64,000 nucleotides of DNA from the human T2T-CHM13v2.0 reference genome, Homo sapiens: NCBI RefSeq assembly GCF_009914755.1, contig NC_060927.1; one strand, written 5' to 3'. A program made the translations under genes and the position numbers. Position 1 is the stretch's first letter, and each line of letters begins with the position of its first letter. Below the pieces are notes generated by a model, which did not search any database, was not told where the DNA came from, and saw only the letters and a list, made by a program, of their open reading frames with translations. Below are positions 39,691 through 53,060 of the stretch, one piece after another.

Positions 39691-40941
39691 GTCTATTAAA
39701 ATTCTATAATTTTAATAGAATTATAATGTTCTGTTAGTTTTATAGTACATGTGTTGCCAACCAGTTTGTCAGTAAGATAGAAATTTACATACATGTACAG
39801 ACATTCACACACTGAGACTGATTTAGCTCTCTGGTGATGAAACCACCAATACCAAGGCAAATTGTGCCCTTCTAATGGTGACACACCTCGGCTCAAGGGA
39901 TGGGATGCACCATTTGCTTCTCCCTCTCCTGGCTATCAAGGATGGCCTCTTTGATGATTGAGTTTTATGGAAAATATTTGAATATCCTTGAAGTCATTAT
40001 ATGCAGAAATTGGAAGGCCCTAAATCTAAAGGAGGGTAATATGTTAGACAGACATTTATTAATAGAATCATAGATCCTTCAGGTATAAGGGATCTTTAAA
40101 GTCGCCAAGCTTGAATGTCTTTCTGCTGAGGAATGGAAACCCACAGAAATGACAAAGCTTAGGTTGCACTGCAGTGCATTCCTACAGTCTTGACCAGAAT
40201 CCAGCTCTCCTGACCGTCCATCAAATCTTAAATTGTTTTGATTTCTTGTTATGTTTTTCTTCTTCTTTGAGTGTTTAAATTACTTTGTTTCCAGTCTTTA
40301 TTACAAGTGATAGAAGAGGATAAATCTCTTATACTGTTTGAGAAAGTTAAGTTACATGAAAACATGAAACCTAGTTCTTTCCTTATGATTACTTAAAAGA
40401 TTTTAAAGTAATCTGGTCTAAGTAGGCTTATTTACCTGAAAAATAATTGAATTTAAACCCTCTGAATCATGTCCTCTTCAATAAAAAAGCACTGTGTAAT
40501 ATACCTACTAATAAAAGAAATAGATCCCAATAGTTAAATTCATAACTAGAAACAGAATTCATAACACTAATAAACATCCATTTTTTTTAAAATTACCTTA
40601 ATGCAGATAACTCAGAAGTCAGCATTTTATTTAGAAATGATTCTTTCTCTTTCTCCTCTGCTGTCCTCAGCAAATATATTCCTTTCACAATGTACTTGAG
40701 GTATCTTGGGTCCTATTTGGCATATTAAGACTATAATTTGGTTCACCTTAAGGACATAAAAGAGATAGTTATAAAAATATTTAATCCCACAAAGAGATTT
40801 GATCCTTGGATATTACTTCTACACTAGTAGAATACAGTTCAGTGTGTGTGATGTTTAAAGCTAAAATTTGAATTACTTCAAACAAAATAGAGAACAGTCA
40901 CAACCAAGGATAATGTGAGTGAGAAATACAAATCTCTAGAA

Positions 40942-41187
40942 CAGCGATTCTCAACCAGGGGCTATTTTGCCCCCTTCCTTCATCATTCCCCCACCCCAGG
41001 GACATTTGACAATAGCAGAGACATGGTTGTCATGACTGATGCTTGGTTGGGGGTGGCAGGGAAGAGGCTTACTGGCATCTAGTGGGTAGAAGCCAGGGAT
41101 GCATCCTACATTACACAGAGCAATCCTCATCCCCAGCAAATAATTATTGAGTCCAAAATATCAATACTGCAAAGTTGAGAAACCCTG
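40942..41187 (+). mobile_element. MER20 hAT-Charlie MITE
   Basis: CAGCGATTCTCAACCAGGGG...GGACATTTGACAAT...ACTGGCATCTAGTGGGTAGAAGCCAGGGATGC...GTTGAGAAACCCTG, with terminal inverted repeats. Confidence 0.9.
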
Positions 41188-41929
41188 CCCGAATGGCTTA
41201 TTGCTCAAGTTTTGTCCAATGTTGTCACATGGATACGCATTGCTGTTGTTTGCCATTGTTACCACTTAGGACTTTGACTAAGTTAAATTCATTCTTGGCT
41301 TTGTCCTTTAGGTAAAATCACTTTTTCATGTCCCCATCCCAAAATGAATTCATCATGCTCAAAATGGATTGAGAAATAAATGTTTTTCTTTAAAGTTTAA
41401 AATACATGTTTTCATATTAGAAGCATTAAATCCTTTACTCCAGTTTAGTATTCCAAAGATGGGGAAAACTAAGCCATGGTTTGAATCTACTTTATCATAC
41501 TGAGCTATTTAAATTCTTCATTATCATAGAAATAATTAGTTATTTTCATAGTAACACTAGAATGCTTGATAGCTTTGATAAAGCAAGTGATGAGAATACT
41601 ACTAAAACAGTGTTTCTCCTAAAATGATAATTTTACCTGAATATTTTATGTGCAGTTTGAGTAAATATACAGTATGTTTACATATATATGGATATATATA
41701 ATATTTACATTTAACCTTATTCACCATTTGAGGTGAGGGTAGAATATACTACTTATCAAACCCCTTTTCTTTTCCCAGTAAAATCCAAGTCGATTGAGAG
41801 ATGGTGTATGTTTTAAAAATGAAGATTAAAATAACATTTTGGCTTTCTTACTGGTAAAGCAGTTTGAGAACAAGGCTTTAGTTTATGGCCACAACCTGGC
41901 TTCCTTGTATCTTCCCCTCCAAGTTGAAT

Positions 41930-42380
41930 GGATGCAGGGGTGTGTTCTGAGTCTTCATGCTTTCAGATATACTCATCATCATTGCCCTGCTCTGCTCTGG
42001 GCAAGGAGAGGCTGCCCACTGCAGACTGTACTTTCCAGGCTCTTGTGCCAGCTGGATCTAGCCAATGGGCTTCACTGATGGGAGACGGGAAGGTACTGGG
42101 AAAGGAGACTCAGGGGTGTTTTTCCCTCTCTGTCATGTTATCTGCAGCAAGCCTATCTCCTCCTTGGTTCCCGATCCTGGCAGAAAGGCCTGTCATGATC
42201 CCACCTTCTACTGTTGGACTCTGGTACTTAGTCCCAGTAAACTTACCTGCCTGGGCTCTCCCTGTGACCCAGGGCCAGAGGTGGCTCCCTGTTACTGCTA
42301 ATACCCATCTCTTCTTTGGCTTCAAAGCTCTTCTGTCACCTCTGTAGCCAGTTTCCTGATGAAAACCATGTTCCAAAGAT
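41930..42380 (+). mobile_element. LTR33-like ERVL LTR
   Basis: TGCCCTGCTCTG...GGCTGCCCACTGCAGACTG...GCCAATGGG...GTGGCTCCCTGTTACTGCTAAT. Confidence 0.6.
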
Positions 42381-42659
42381 TCTTCTTATTCTCATCTCAA
42401 ACTCTAGATTGTGAAACAAGGCAGGAATTTGAGAAAGCATGCACCCTGAGAATAGGCTGCACCCCAGAGGGAGCCAAAGCAGTGCTCCTGCTTACCTCCT
42501 TCTCCCCTGGTCTGCAGTCAGATAGACTCCCTCTTCCCAATGGGACAAAGAGAGAAGGTGCTAAGGAGGCGCTGGGCATGGTCTAGCCCTAATATCTCCT
42601 CCAGCAGAACAGAGTAGACGTTTCCACTTTTCATATACATTGGGGGCCACACAGACTAT

Positions 42660-43020
42660 ATTACAGAATGGGCTTCAAGGCTGGACTGTCAGGGTTGAAA
42701 TCGCTGATCTACCTCTTGCCAACTGTGTTATGTCAAGTCAATTACTCTGTCTTTACTTGAGTATCTTTTTCTCTCGAATAGGGGATAAATATGGCCTGCT
42801 TCCTGGGATTATTATGAGGTGGATGTAGTCTAATATACAAAAGCAATGAGAGCATTGCCTGGCACATGGGAAACCCTCTGTAACATTAGCTGCTATTATT
42901 ATTACCCCTCTTGGTCATGCCCATAAAATGGGGATAATCATAGCCCCTACTTCAATAGCTTAGTTGTAAGATTTAATAAGCCTGTGTGCCATAGTAAAGG
43001 CTCAATAAATTAGCTGTTAG
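42660..43020 (+). mobile_element. MIR fragments (two)
   Basis: CTGTGTTATGTCAAGTCAATTACTCTG...GCCTGGCACATGG; AAAATGGGGATAATCATAG...CTCAATAAAT. Confidence 0.6.
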
Positions 43021-44188
43021 TATGGCCATCTCCTCTGGGGTGTCTTTAATTAATATTTCCTTTGATGTTGGAGAGAAAGAAAGAGGGAAGTTAATAAATA
43101 AATGAAATTGTAAATATGTAAGAACCAAGTACTCAAGACCTTTCTTTTTCAGCTTTGGCTTTTCTAAGAGTCATTTGGTGAAAATGGCATATAATAATAA
43201 AACAAGTCTGAAATTTAAAATGCTAGGGCTTTTCAGGAAGCTGCATGCTGTGTGCTGCGTGCTTGCTAAGTATTTGGCTAACAGGAAGCCATCATTGATC
43301 TCCCATTCTCTTTTCCTGACCATGTCCTTCTCTCCCTACCTTCATCCATCCCCATCACCTCCTCCCACCTTGCTTTCTAAGTTTTATTAGCTCTGTCAGC
43401 CCACTTCAGTCTCCATCTGGACTTTGAAGCAATGAAAACCACAGGAGGACAATAGTCTGCCATTTTAAAGGAAACAGCCAACTGAAATCTCCAAGGTTTC
43501 CTGAAAAGGCCCAAAATATGAATAATCACTTTCTTCTCTCTTCCATTAATATCATTCATAAAAGATATATTTCCACCTTAAAAGAAGTTCCCATGCATTT
43601 CAGCGCTATCCATTCCCAAAGACAGAGTTTTTTTCCCACAGCTGCATGTACACTAAAATTGTGCCAAAACCTTACTGTGCAATTTATAAATACAAAAGAA
43701 TTTTACATACTTAAATTTTAAACCAAACTAGGCCTAATGGCAGAGGAGGCTAATTTCCTAATTTCCTGGGCCTGGGGCCATAAGCTAAAATTACATATAC
43801 AAGTACAAATTTTCTCTGATCTTATATTATAGATATCTTTAAAGAAAGCATACATATTTTGCTTCAAGCTCCATAATTATTTTGACATAAAAATAGTATT
43901 TTAACATACTCATTAAATTATTTAAAGCTCAATCCTTAAGTAAAATTAATGCTTCTATAAGATTTGCTGGGTTTGTGCCCTTGACGTTTTATTCCTCTCA
44001 AAATCATCTATACCCTTAGGAAGACACATACTTCACTCAAGGAAGCCGGAGAGTCAAGTATGTTACTTAATTCTCACAATCCTAAGACGTCATTGCAGTT
44101 GTATCCACTTTATTAGGAGACCCAGTTTTGGAGAAGTTACATGTCTTGCCCAACCAAGTTTAGACACGTGTTAAAAGTCTTTCTCTGT

Positions 44189-44671
<483 letters not shown>

Positions 44672-45411
44672 TCAATAATCATAATCACAATTGCTGAAAA
44701 GCGGTGCCATGGCTTATCTTAAAAGATGTTTTGAAAAATAAATCTTACATAAAATGCTAATGTGATTTTGCCATATATCATCTTACCTCAAACACTGGCT
44801 TTGGTATGACCAGGGCTGTCTGCCCTAGACCCAGGCGAACTAAACATATTCCAGGGAGAACACTACCTCCTCCAGCTGAAATGAATCAGGATTTATGCAG
44901 CCACCTGTACAATACATTAGCTGCCACCTGCAGACCTACCCAGCTGTAAACAATTCACTGAAATGAATAGATTCACGTGGCCAGAACTAGAGAACAGGTT
45001 GAGGAGTCAGGAAAGAGGAGCCAACACAAATGTAAAGAAAAGCTGAAGGGGAATTAGAAACCAAACCAAACCAAATAAAACATTGAGTTTTTCGAGGAAA
45101 GGAAGCAACAGCATCTGAGTTAACTACAGGTCAGTGATTGACAATTCTCTGCCCAAAAGGTTTTGAACGGACTGTCCTCGTATGTGTAACTCTGTAATTT
45201 CAGCCTTCAAAATTATGATTTTTCAAGGCTAAAATGTGCATGGTAGTTTTAAGCTGAAAGGGGAGGAGGAAGAATAGCCAACAGTCAGATAGTGAACCAA
45301 ATGATACAAATATTGTATATTCCTTTAACCTGTGAGATTCATTAGAATTCATTTCTTGAAAAATAATTCTCTGAAGCAGCATGACATGAGGCAGTGTTAC
45401 CAAATGCTAGC

Positions 45412-45740
45412 AATGGACAGATTTACTATGAAACATATGGAACTTTAGCCTTGGAGTCCTCACTTGTACACGAGTTTTATGTTGTGTTCCACGTTGGGAG
45501 GGCAAGCCAGATAGCAATCAGGAATAATCTGTCTATGTGTCTCTGGTAAAGTGCCTGAGGAAATACCAGAAGAAGGGCACCTATGTCTCCAAGACTCCAG
45601 GAATTGTTGCATTTCTTTCTTCATTCTCCGTAAATACCAACTTTCCCACTTTATTTTGTATTTTTCTTAAAGAGCCTCCACCATCTCCAAATTGTAGTAT
45701 ATGCTTTCGATTTTCCAAAGCCCAGATTTCTTCCTGGCAG
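45412..45740. mobile_element. Possible old hAT-type DNA transposon relic
   Basis: CAGATTTACTATGAAAC...CCTCACTTGTACAC and AAATTGTAGTATATGCTT...CCCAGATT resemble recalled ancient hAT MITE termini; family uncertain. Confidence 0.3.
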
Positions 45741-45875
45741 TGCTGGGCCATGACAAAGCTTTTGCCAGACCAAAATGAATTAAGGAAAATAAGGATAATA
45801 TAGACTTTTTTTCATAAAGCTAAATTAATATTCACTACAGTTTGTGGATTGTGTTTGTTTTTGATATTTTTCTAT

Positions 45876-45911
45876 GCCTTGTTGATAAATATAGCCTTGT
45901 TGATAAATATA
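45876..45911. repeat. Perfect 18-bp tandem duplication
   Basis: GCCTTGTTGATAAATATA x2. Confidence 0.95.
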
Positions 45912-46084
45912 CTTTCTTTTAAAAACCATGGCCATAGATGTTAGATGCTAATTTTAAATGTTTATATATACACATCTTCTCATAATACAAAATATGTTTG
46001 AAAATTCTATGTCAGGACAGCCAAAAAGCCCCGAAGCATACTAGGAACACACTTGTAGTCAATAAATGTTGAATTTCTTGCTTG

Positions 46085-46718
46085 TAACAGAGAGGGAGGG
46101 AGCACACCTTGGAAGTGCAAGGAGTCACAGAAGGTGTGTGGGGAAGGATTTGTTGTAGGATTTGGCTTGTGACATAATTTGGAGAGGTTTCATGGTTTTG
46201 CCCTGAATTGAATGCTCACAAGTATTCGGTTGGTGCAAAAGTAATTGCATTTGTTGCCATTACGAAACACAAAGGTCACATAATTAGTATTTGGGAGGCT
46301 AAGAATTAAACCTAAATCATGTGTCCTCCCCCCATTAAAATGGCAAAACTGCAATTACTTTTGCACCAACTTGTAGAAATAATTCTAGATTGGATATCTT
46401 ATTTTTATAAGTAGGTAGGACAAACGAAGTGGAGCTAAAGCAGTAATTAGCAAAGAAATAACGGTCACTTTTTAGGCAGGAAAGGGATGATTTGTTCTGT
46501 TTTGTAGTTTGGCTCATGTCTGTGTTATGGTCTATGCTCAGACGTGGTTAGAAAGTTGTCTCATTTTGCCAGTCTTCATCGCAGTCACAGAGTGGCCTTG
46601 TCTAATGTGGGTGGGTATTCTATGAAATTGTTTGTATTCAGCAGAAGGGCATCATGGTCTACTGCCAGATCTGCTCCACACTGACACCAGTCAAGAGTGT
46701 GTCTGTCTCTCTCTCTTC
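46085..46718 (-). mobile_element. MER76-like ERVL LTR (host of the MADE1)
   Basis: GTCACAGAGTGGCCTTGTCTAATG...TATGAAATTGTTTGTATTCAGCAG matches recalled MER76; boundaries approximate. Confidence 0.55.
46225..46373. mobile_element. MADE1 (Hsmar1-derived mariner MITE) with an internal insert
   Basis: Arms TTCGGTTGGTGCAAAAGTAATTGCATTTGTTGCCATT and AATGGCAAAACTGCAATTACTTTTGCACCAACTTG; TA target duplication at 46223-46224 and 46374-46375. Confidence 0.92.
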
Positions 46719-46894
46719 AATTTATTCACAAAAATCACAGAAGTTTGGAAATCATTGCAATAGAAGAAGTAGTCTGAACTAGAGTGCCTGTTTGTCCCTT
46801 ACTAGTTGTGTGACCCTAGAAGAAATATTTAACAGCACCAAGGCATCAGTGTCACCATTTGTAGAAGATTAAGCTGAACACATATCTTTCCCTG

Positions 46895-47135
46895 TAGAGC
46901 GACGTGGTTGGGAGCCCGAGTTAAGAGCCACATCATCTGGGTTTAATTCTTAGCCCCCCAAATACTAATTATGTGACCTTTGTGCTAGTTATTCAATCTC
47001 TTTCTCATCTGTAAACTAAGGGTGAATAGTATCTACATTTCAGAGTGTTGTGATGATTGAATTAGGCAACATATGTGGAGATTTTAGAGTAGAGCCTGGC
47101 ATGAGATAAATGCTCAGTGCATGTTTGTATCTACT
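46895..47135 (+). mobile_element. MIR
   Basis: TATGTGACCTT...CTCATCTGTAAA...GTGTTGTGATGATTGAAT...GCCTGGCATGAGATAAATGCTCAGT. Confidence 0.7.
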
Positions 47136-47369
47136 ATCATGATAGTGATTATGCTTATCACTCTATTAATTTTGCAACTATTATAGTCTATGTTCTGGCT
47201 ATGTTACATAGGCATATCAAATAACTTCTTTTTACTTAGGTCTCATTTTCTATAAAATCAAGAGTAAACTTAGGAACAAACTAGAAATTTCCTCTCTAGG
47301 AGCTGAAATGACTGTGGGCTTTGAGGTAAATCAGTTAAGATTTTAAGACCCATAGTTGTGTTAATCATA

Positions 47370-47550
47370 ATAGCTGGCATGTATTAAATTCTTCATAAGC
47401 TTATTCAGTTCCCATAACTCTGTAAGAATCCCAGAGGCTCTTCTAAGCCCCCTTTTTAAGTGAGAAAGCTAGGATTTGAGAGAGGTTAAATAATCTGCCC
47501 AATGACGTGTATCTTGCTAGTGATAAATCTGAGACTGGAACCCAGATCCC
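47370..47550 (-). mobile_element. MIR
   Basis: GAGAGAGGTTAAATAATCTGCCCAATGAC...CTGAGACTGGAACCCAGATC. Confidence 0.6.
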
Positions 47551-48540
47551 AAATTCACAATCACTGCTTTGTGATTGGGAAGCTGTTACACAAGGGACTC
47601 ATTACAGGGCAGCAGGTGTAAACACTTTTTGATCTTAGCTATTTATAAATAAACTTGAAATAGAATACATTAGAATGTCTGAGAATTCAAACAAATGGCA
47701 ATTTAAAGGAAATATTAGGACTTCTTGGAATTCACTGTGCTCCTAAGTCCCAAATGTTGTTTCCCTAAAGCTACGTATTTTCTTATTTTTACTTGACAAA
47801 CAAGGAATTAACATTTTCAGACTGATAGAAAATGCTGGATTTCCTTTTTACTGATACTATTATTGAACAAAACCAACTTTTGACATGTTCCTTGTGTCAC
47901 ATATTTGAAACTCAAATGTGTCTTCAGTTGTTTTAAATGACTGTTTACTGCAGCCTCTGGTTTGTGTCATTGACAATTATCTTTGGAAATTAAGCCTGGA
48001 AAGGGAGGAACTGTGACAGAATAAGCACCATTGGGAAATTGCTGGGTTCACTGGTCATATCTGTGCCTCATTGGTATTTCCCATTTAAGATATCATATGT
48101 TCACATCAGTCTTGGAACATGTTGACCTGAGAGTTTGCTTGCAATTCACCCCTTCTGCTGTCCTGCAAAATCCTGCATTGTCCATGCTGTCTGTTAGCCA
48201 TTGTGTTATCAGAATCTATGTGGCCATTTCATTATCAGAATTTGATATTTGAAAGAATACATACATTTTTCACCATAAAATAAAAAGAATTATCATGGCA
48301 GAAGGAAAGAAAATCAGAATTTGAAAAGCCCTTATTATCAGGTAGACACAATAGCACACTTATCTCTCAATATTATCTCATTTCAGCCTCATGGCTCTGA
48401 GAAATAAGAAATATTATCTCCTTTGAAAAGATAAATAAATAGGGGCTGAGAGATGTTATGTGACAAACCCAAAACCACAAAACAGAGTTTGGACATCTTT
48501 AAATAGAGAGTTCCAAATTCTAGATTATAGATTAGATTGC

Positions 48541-48894
48541 TGAAATGGTTTGGCTGTGTCCCCACCCAAATCTCATTTTGAATTGTAGCTCCCGTAATTC
48601 CAAGTTGTTATGGGAGGGACCCAGTGGGAAGTAATTAAATCATGGGGGTGGTTCTTTCCTGTGCTATTCTAGTGATAGTGAATAAGTCTTACAAGATATG
48701 ATGTTTTATAAGGGGAGTTCCCCTGCACAAACTCTCATGCCTGCCACCATGTAAGACATGTCTTGCTTCCCCTTCACCTTCCATCATGATTGTGAGGCCT
48801 CCCCAGCCATGTGGAACTGTGAGTTCATTAAACCTCTTTCCTTTATAAATTGTCAGTCTCAGGTATGTCTTTATTAGCATCATGAGAGCAGAAT
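48541..48894 (+). mobile_element. THE1B solo LTR
   Basis: TGAAATGGTTTGGCTGTGTCCCCACCCAAATCTC...AGGGGAGTTCCCCTGCACAA; perfect TSD ATTGC (48536-48540, 48895-48899). Confidence 0.93.
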
Positions 48895-49059
48895 ATTGCA
48901 AAATTTATCTCTTTCTCAGATGTATTTGGATATTAACCGGGAGACTATTTCAGAAATTTGAGGCCTATCATTTACAGTTCTAGCAGAGTTTTGTAAAAAT
49001 GTATTTGTAAGAAATACATTTTTACAAAAACTTGAAAGTAAAATGGTTGTATAACTGAG

Positions 49060-49305
49060 GGGATACAACATGAGTGAAGTATGGGCTTTGATGTTAGACC
49101 AATCTGGGTTCAAGTACTAGATCACCACTTGCTAGCAGCATGAAACTGGTCAAAATATGAAACATCTCTAAGCTTCAATTCTTTTATCAGTAAAATTGAG
49201 CTAACAATATTAACTTCTTAGGCTTGCTGAGAAGATTAGATGGGTCAATTCGTATAAATCCTTGGCTCAGTGCTGGGCACAAAGTGAGTACTCAACAAAG
49301 GGCAT
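49060..49305 (+). mobile_element. MIR
   Basis: CTGGGTTCAAGTACTAG...CATCTCTAAGCTTCAATT...CAGTGCTGGGCACAAAGTGAGTACTCAACAAA. Confidence 0.7.
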
Positions 49306-50707
49306 TAGTTGGGGTATTACTGCCCAGTGCACAGTTCAGTATCATTTATTCATAATCAATTAACATGCATAAAAATCTCCAACATCTCATGGATGCTGAG
49401 TTTTTATTAATGAAGGCTTTTCAAATGGATTATATCATTTAAAGCATGACATAGAGCTGCCTTACTTCACTATTAGTCTCCATAATGAAAAAGATATGGA
49501 CCCAGGTGGTCTACAAACCAGACACTCTCCAAACCCTTGAGTTCTTACTGTAGCATTTTATGGTATGGAGAAAATTTTAATGGAGGCATCTGGGTATTGA
49601 GACTACTAATTGATTACATGCGTGTTAACTTTTTTTTAATATGGTACCTTCAAGGGCATATCTGTTGTTCAGCCTGGTTAACGTCGGCCTGTGAATCTGT
49701 TGGTATAAAAACATGTTACATTTTGACACTGGCTAGGATCTAGGATCTCATTTTTCTCATTTTGCAAAACTGGAAAGCCAGCCTCATATTTTATATTTTC
49801 TACATGCCTGGTTTTCATGAATCAGCTGGTTGGTGATCAACTGGGATTTTGTGCTGCTCTCACAAATACATTCCCCAGTGCCTGGCTTGGGCTGTGTGGA
49901 GTGTTGAAATTACCAATTTCATAAAATTGCTTTTGATGTTGGGTAAGATGCTATTTTTATTGAACACAGCAATTGCCGTCCCAGTTTCAGAAGGACAGTC
50001 TCTTCTTCTTGATGATCCTATTTAGTTTCAGATTTGTGTTTGGGGAAAGTAGTTATTACACAGTTTTGAAGCCCCTTCAGCTAAAATTGCTGGGGAAAAT
50101 GTCTGCTGGGCCGGGAAGCTAGTCTAAGCATTTCAGCTGTTTTCTGAGAGATGTTAACAAACATTTCAACCTTGGTGGATTATCACAATTTGCCTACAGC
50201 ATTTTCCAGGGATTTGCATAAACTAGCAGGCTAACGTGAGGCATAGATGTGTTACCTATTCATTTTTATTATGCAGTTTATTTTGGAATTCTCTTTGCCT
50301 GAGTATCAACTCACAAGTGGCACTTATTTCTGTATACTCTTTATTTTTTTATTCATTTTAAAAAATAAACTCTTTATATATAATAAATATGTATATGGCC
50401 TTGCATCTCTGAAGAGCAGAAACAGATGAACTTGAACTAGAAATTAGAGCTTAATGGTAGGAAACAATGATATGGAAGCTAAGAAGAAAGGTGACTAGTG
50501 GTAAACCAAGAGGAGTGATTTAAAAAATGTTATGAAATAAAAATCAAATAGGAAGGCAAAAACAAAATGGCATCATGGTTCCAAGCCATGTACAAAATTG
50601 AAAAAAAAGTAACCCCATGATGTTACTAAGCACTGTGATTCTATCTGTGCCCTTATCTCTCCCAAGCCTCCTTAGAGAAGTAAACAGTCTTGCTTGTGGC
50701 CACTTTT

Positions 50708-50986
50708 TTGTTTTTTTTTTTTTGGGACAGAGTCTCACTCCGTCACCCAACCTCCGCCTCCCGGGTTCAAGCAATTCTTTTGCCTCAGCCTCCTGAGTAG
50801 CTGGGATTACAGGTGTGCACAACCATGCCTGGCTGCCTTTTTTTTTTTTTTTTTTTTTTTGTATTTTTAGTAGAGACGGGGTTTCACCACGTTAGTCAGG
50901 CTGGCCTCGAACTACTGACCTCGTGATCCACCTGCCTTGGCCTCCCAAAGTGCTGGGATTACAGATGTGAGCCACAGCGCCCAGCC
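50708..50986 (-). mobile_element. AluS (Sg-like) with a 36-bp internal deletion
   Basis: GTCACCCA|ACCTCCGCC junction; CCTCGTGATCC; degenerate TSD CTTGTGGCCACTTTT/CTTGTGACCACTCTT. Confidence 0.92.
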
Positions 50987-51524
50987 ACTTGTGACCACTC
51001 TTAATGTTAAATGTATCATTTTGGTGCCTATGTTTCCAAAGACTGCCCCTCAAGGATAATCTGTGCCAGCATATCTATTCAGTTCCAGTTCTGTCATGGG
51101 ATAAGTCTTTACTCAGTGTGGTGATGGTTAATGACATGTTAGAGATTGGCTTCGAAGTTCAGAGGCCACAGTTCTTGACTATCAGATCCTTTTTGCTCTC
51201 AAACAAGACTCTTGTGAATTTGTTGTTTTGCTTTGTTTTAATGCCCACAGTCTCATATGTTGACCATTGGCTTTCTACAAGCTCAAGGAACACATCTTCA
51301 ATACTAGCTGCTGGTTAACCTTACACTTTGGAAGAGTTTTACATGTATAAAGTTGGAAACAGGAGAGACAGAGGCAGCCTGTGGCTGTGTATGAATAATC
51401 TCTGACCTATCATGTTTATGAAGAAATTCTGTGCTGAGAGATAGAGAAATGGGAGGGTTTTCATACCTTATTAATTTAGAATTATATAAAAATTAATTCA
51501 CCTGGTTCTGGGTTAAATTTTGCA

Positions 51525-52000
51525 TTAGTCTTGGTTTTTTAAGTTAAAAATGACCAAACCCCAAGTCAAGCTGGCAAAATAAATACATAAGTACATGCAT
51601 ACACATTGGATACACACATAAACTGAAGTACTCTTGTGTGTCCAATTGCAGGGATAGCTGGGTCCAGGGGCTCAGAGAATGTTAATAGATATGTGACTGT
51701 GTATCAGTACCACTTATATATGTGTGTTGGCCTAATTCTTACAGAAACTGGCTTTGTCCATGTATCATGGGCAAATGGTCAAAAGAAGCTACAGGTTACG
51801 TCGTCATAGTTCTAGATGCAAAGAAGTCTTTCTCTTCCAGGCTTCTTCTAAGAAACCTCACTTCAGATTCTGGTTCAGTTTGGGTTGCATGCCCTTTCCT
51901 GAAACCATCAATCTGGCCATGTGATTGAGGCCTCTATTAACCAAGCTGATCCAGGTGCTTATTACTGCAACTGGAGAGTAAGGCTGGCTTCATCAAACCA
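51525..52000 (-). mobile_element. Old MLT1 (K/L-like) LTR
   Basis: AGCTGGGTCCAGGGGCTCAG...TTGGGTTGCATGCCCTTTCCTGAAACCATCA. Confidence 0.5.
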
Positions 52001-52139
52001 CATAAATGGATTACTTACTGTGTGGATTATTTCAATAACAAAGTCACACAGGGGGATCTGGAGAGCTATACCAGGTCCCCTTCATATGTTTTTACTTTGT
52101 CTTAAGTCTTATTTTGCTTTGAAATGCACATAATAGAAA

Positions 52140-52330
52140 TGACAATTTATTGAGTTCTTGCTGTGCTTTATGTGTGTTATCACACTTAATCCCCAAAACA
52201 ACCCTGGGATGCAAGGTATGTTATCAATATTCACAATTTACAAGGGAAGAAATCAAAGCTTAGAGAAATTAAGTTGCCTTGGGTCACATAACTAGTAGGT
52301 GGTAGAACTGGGATTGGAATCAGATATAAT
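52140..52330 (-). mobile_element. MIR
   Basis: TTAATCCCCAAAACAACCCTG...GGGTCACATAACTAGTAGGTGGTAGAACTGGGATTGGAA. Confidence 0.7.
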
Positions 52331-52554
52331 AAACTACTAAGCTTCATGACTGTGTTTTATTCATTTATTTGGTTTGTATAATTTTGGAAGTTTTTAGCTT
52401 TGAGATATTTACCTGAAAGACTGCCTTAATGGTCTTAGTCTATCTGGCTGTGACATTTTCTACTCTCAATAAATATTTGTATTGCCCTTACTAGATTTAA
52501 ATACCTTGAAGACAGGGAATTTCATATGTGTTTTTTTTTCACAGTTTAAAAATA

Positions 52555-53060
52555 GTTCCATACCTAAAAGAATTGAAAATAGGTGTTCAAACAAAAATTT
52601 TTACAGAATGTTCACAGCAGCACAATTCACAATAGCTAAAAGGTGAAACAAAAAACAACAAATGTCCATCAGCTGATGAAGTATAACCAAAATGTGGTAT
52701 ATCCATTCAATGAAATATTATTCAATCTTAAAAATATTAAGTACTAGTACATGCTATAACATGGAAGAACCTAAAATTCATGATGCTAACTGAAAGAAGC
52801 TAAACACAAAGGTCACATATTGTATGATTCTATTTATATTAAATATCTTGAATGAGCAAATCTATTGAAGCAGGAAGTAAATAAATGGTTGCTAGGGTTA
52901 TGGGGAGACAGGAATGGAGACTGACTTCTTGAAGGGTACAAGTTCTCCTTTTGGCCTGAAGAAAATGTTCTCAAACTAGATAGTGGTGATGGTTTTGCAT
53001 CACTGTGAATGTACTAAATGCCACTAAATTTCATTTTATATGATGAATTTTATATTGTAT
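52555..53060 (+). mobile_element. L1MB-like 3' end
   Basis: AAAGAATTGAAAATAGGTGTTCAAACAAAAA...AATGTCCATCAGCTGATGAA...CTAGATAGTGGTGATGGTT...GAATGTACTAAATGCCACT. Confidence 0.85.

Noticed and set aside
43226-43512. Short inverted repeat (GGGCTTTTCAGGAA / TTCCTGAAAAGGCCC) giving LGLFRK in two opposite ORFs
   Set aside because: Only ~14 bp with a mismatch, ~260 bp apart; compatible with chance
44921-44934. CTCF-like motif (reverse TCTGCAGGTGGCAG); a similar one lies at ~1453-1466
   Set aside because: Mismatches in the critical 5' CCA positions; motif evidence alone is too weak
52802-52819. 18-bp exact match AAACACAAAGGTCACATA shared with the MADE1 insert (46265-46282) as a possible donor
   Set aside because: The match does not extend, lies in ordinary L1MB 3' sequence, and is plausible by chance in AT-rich DNA
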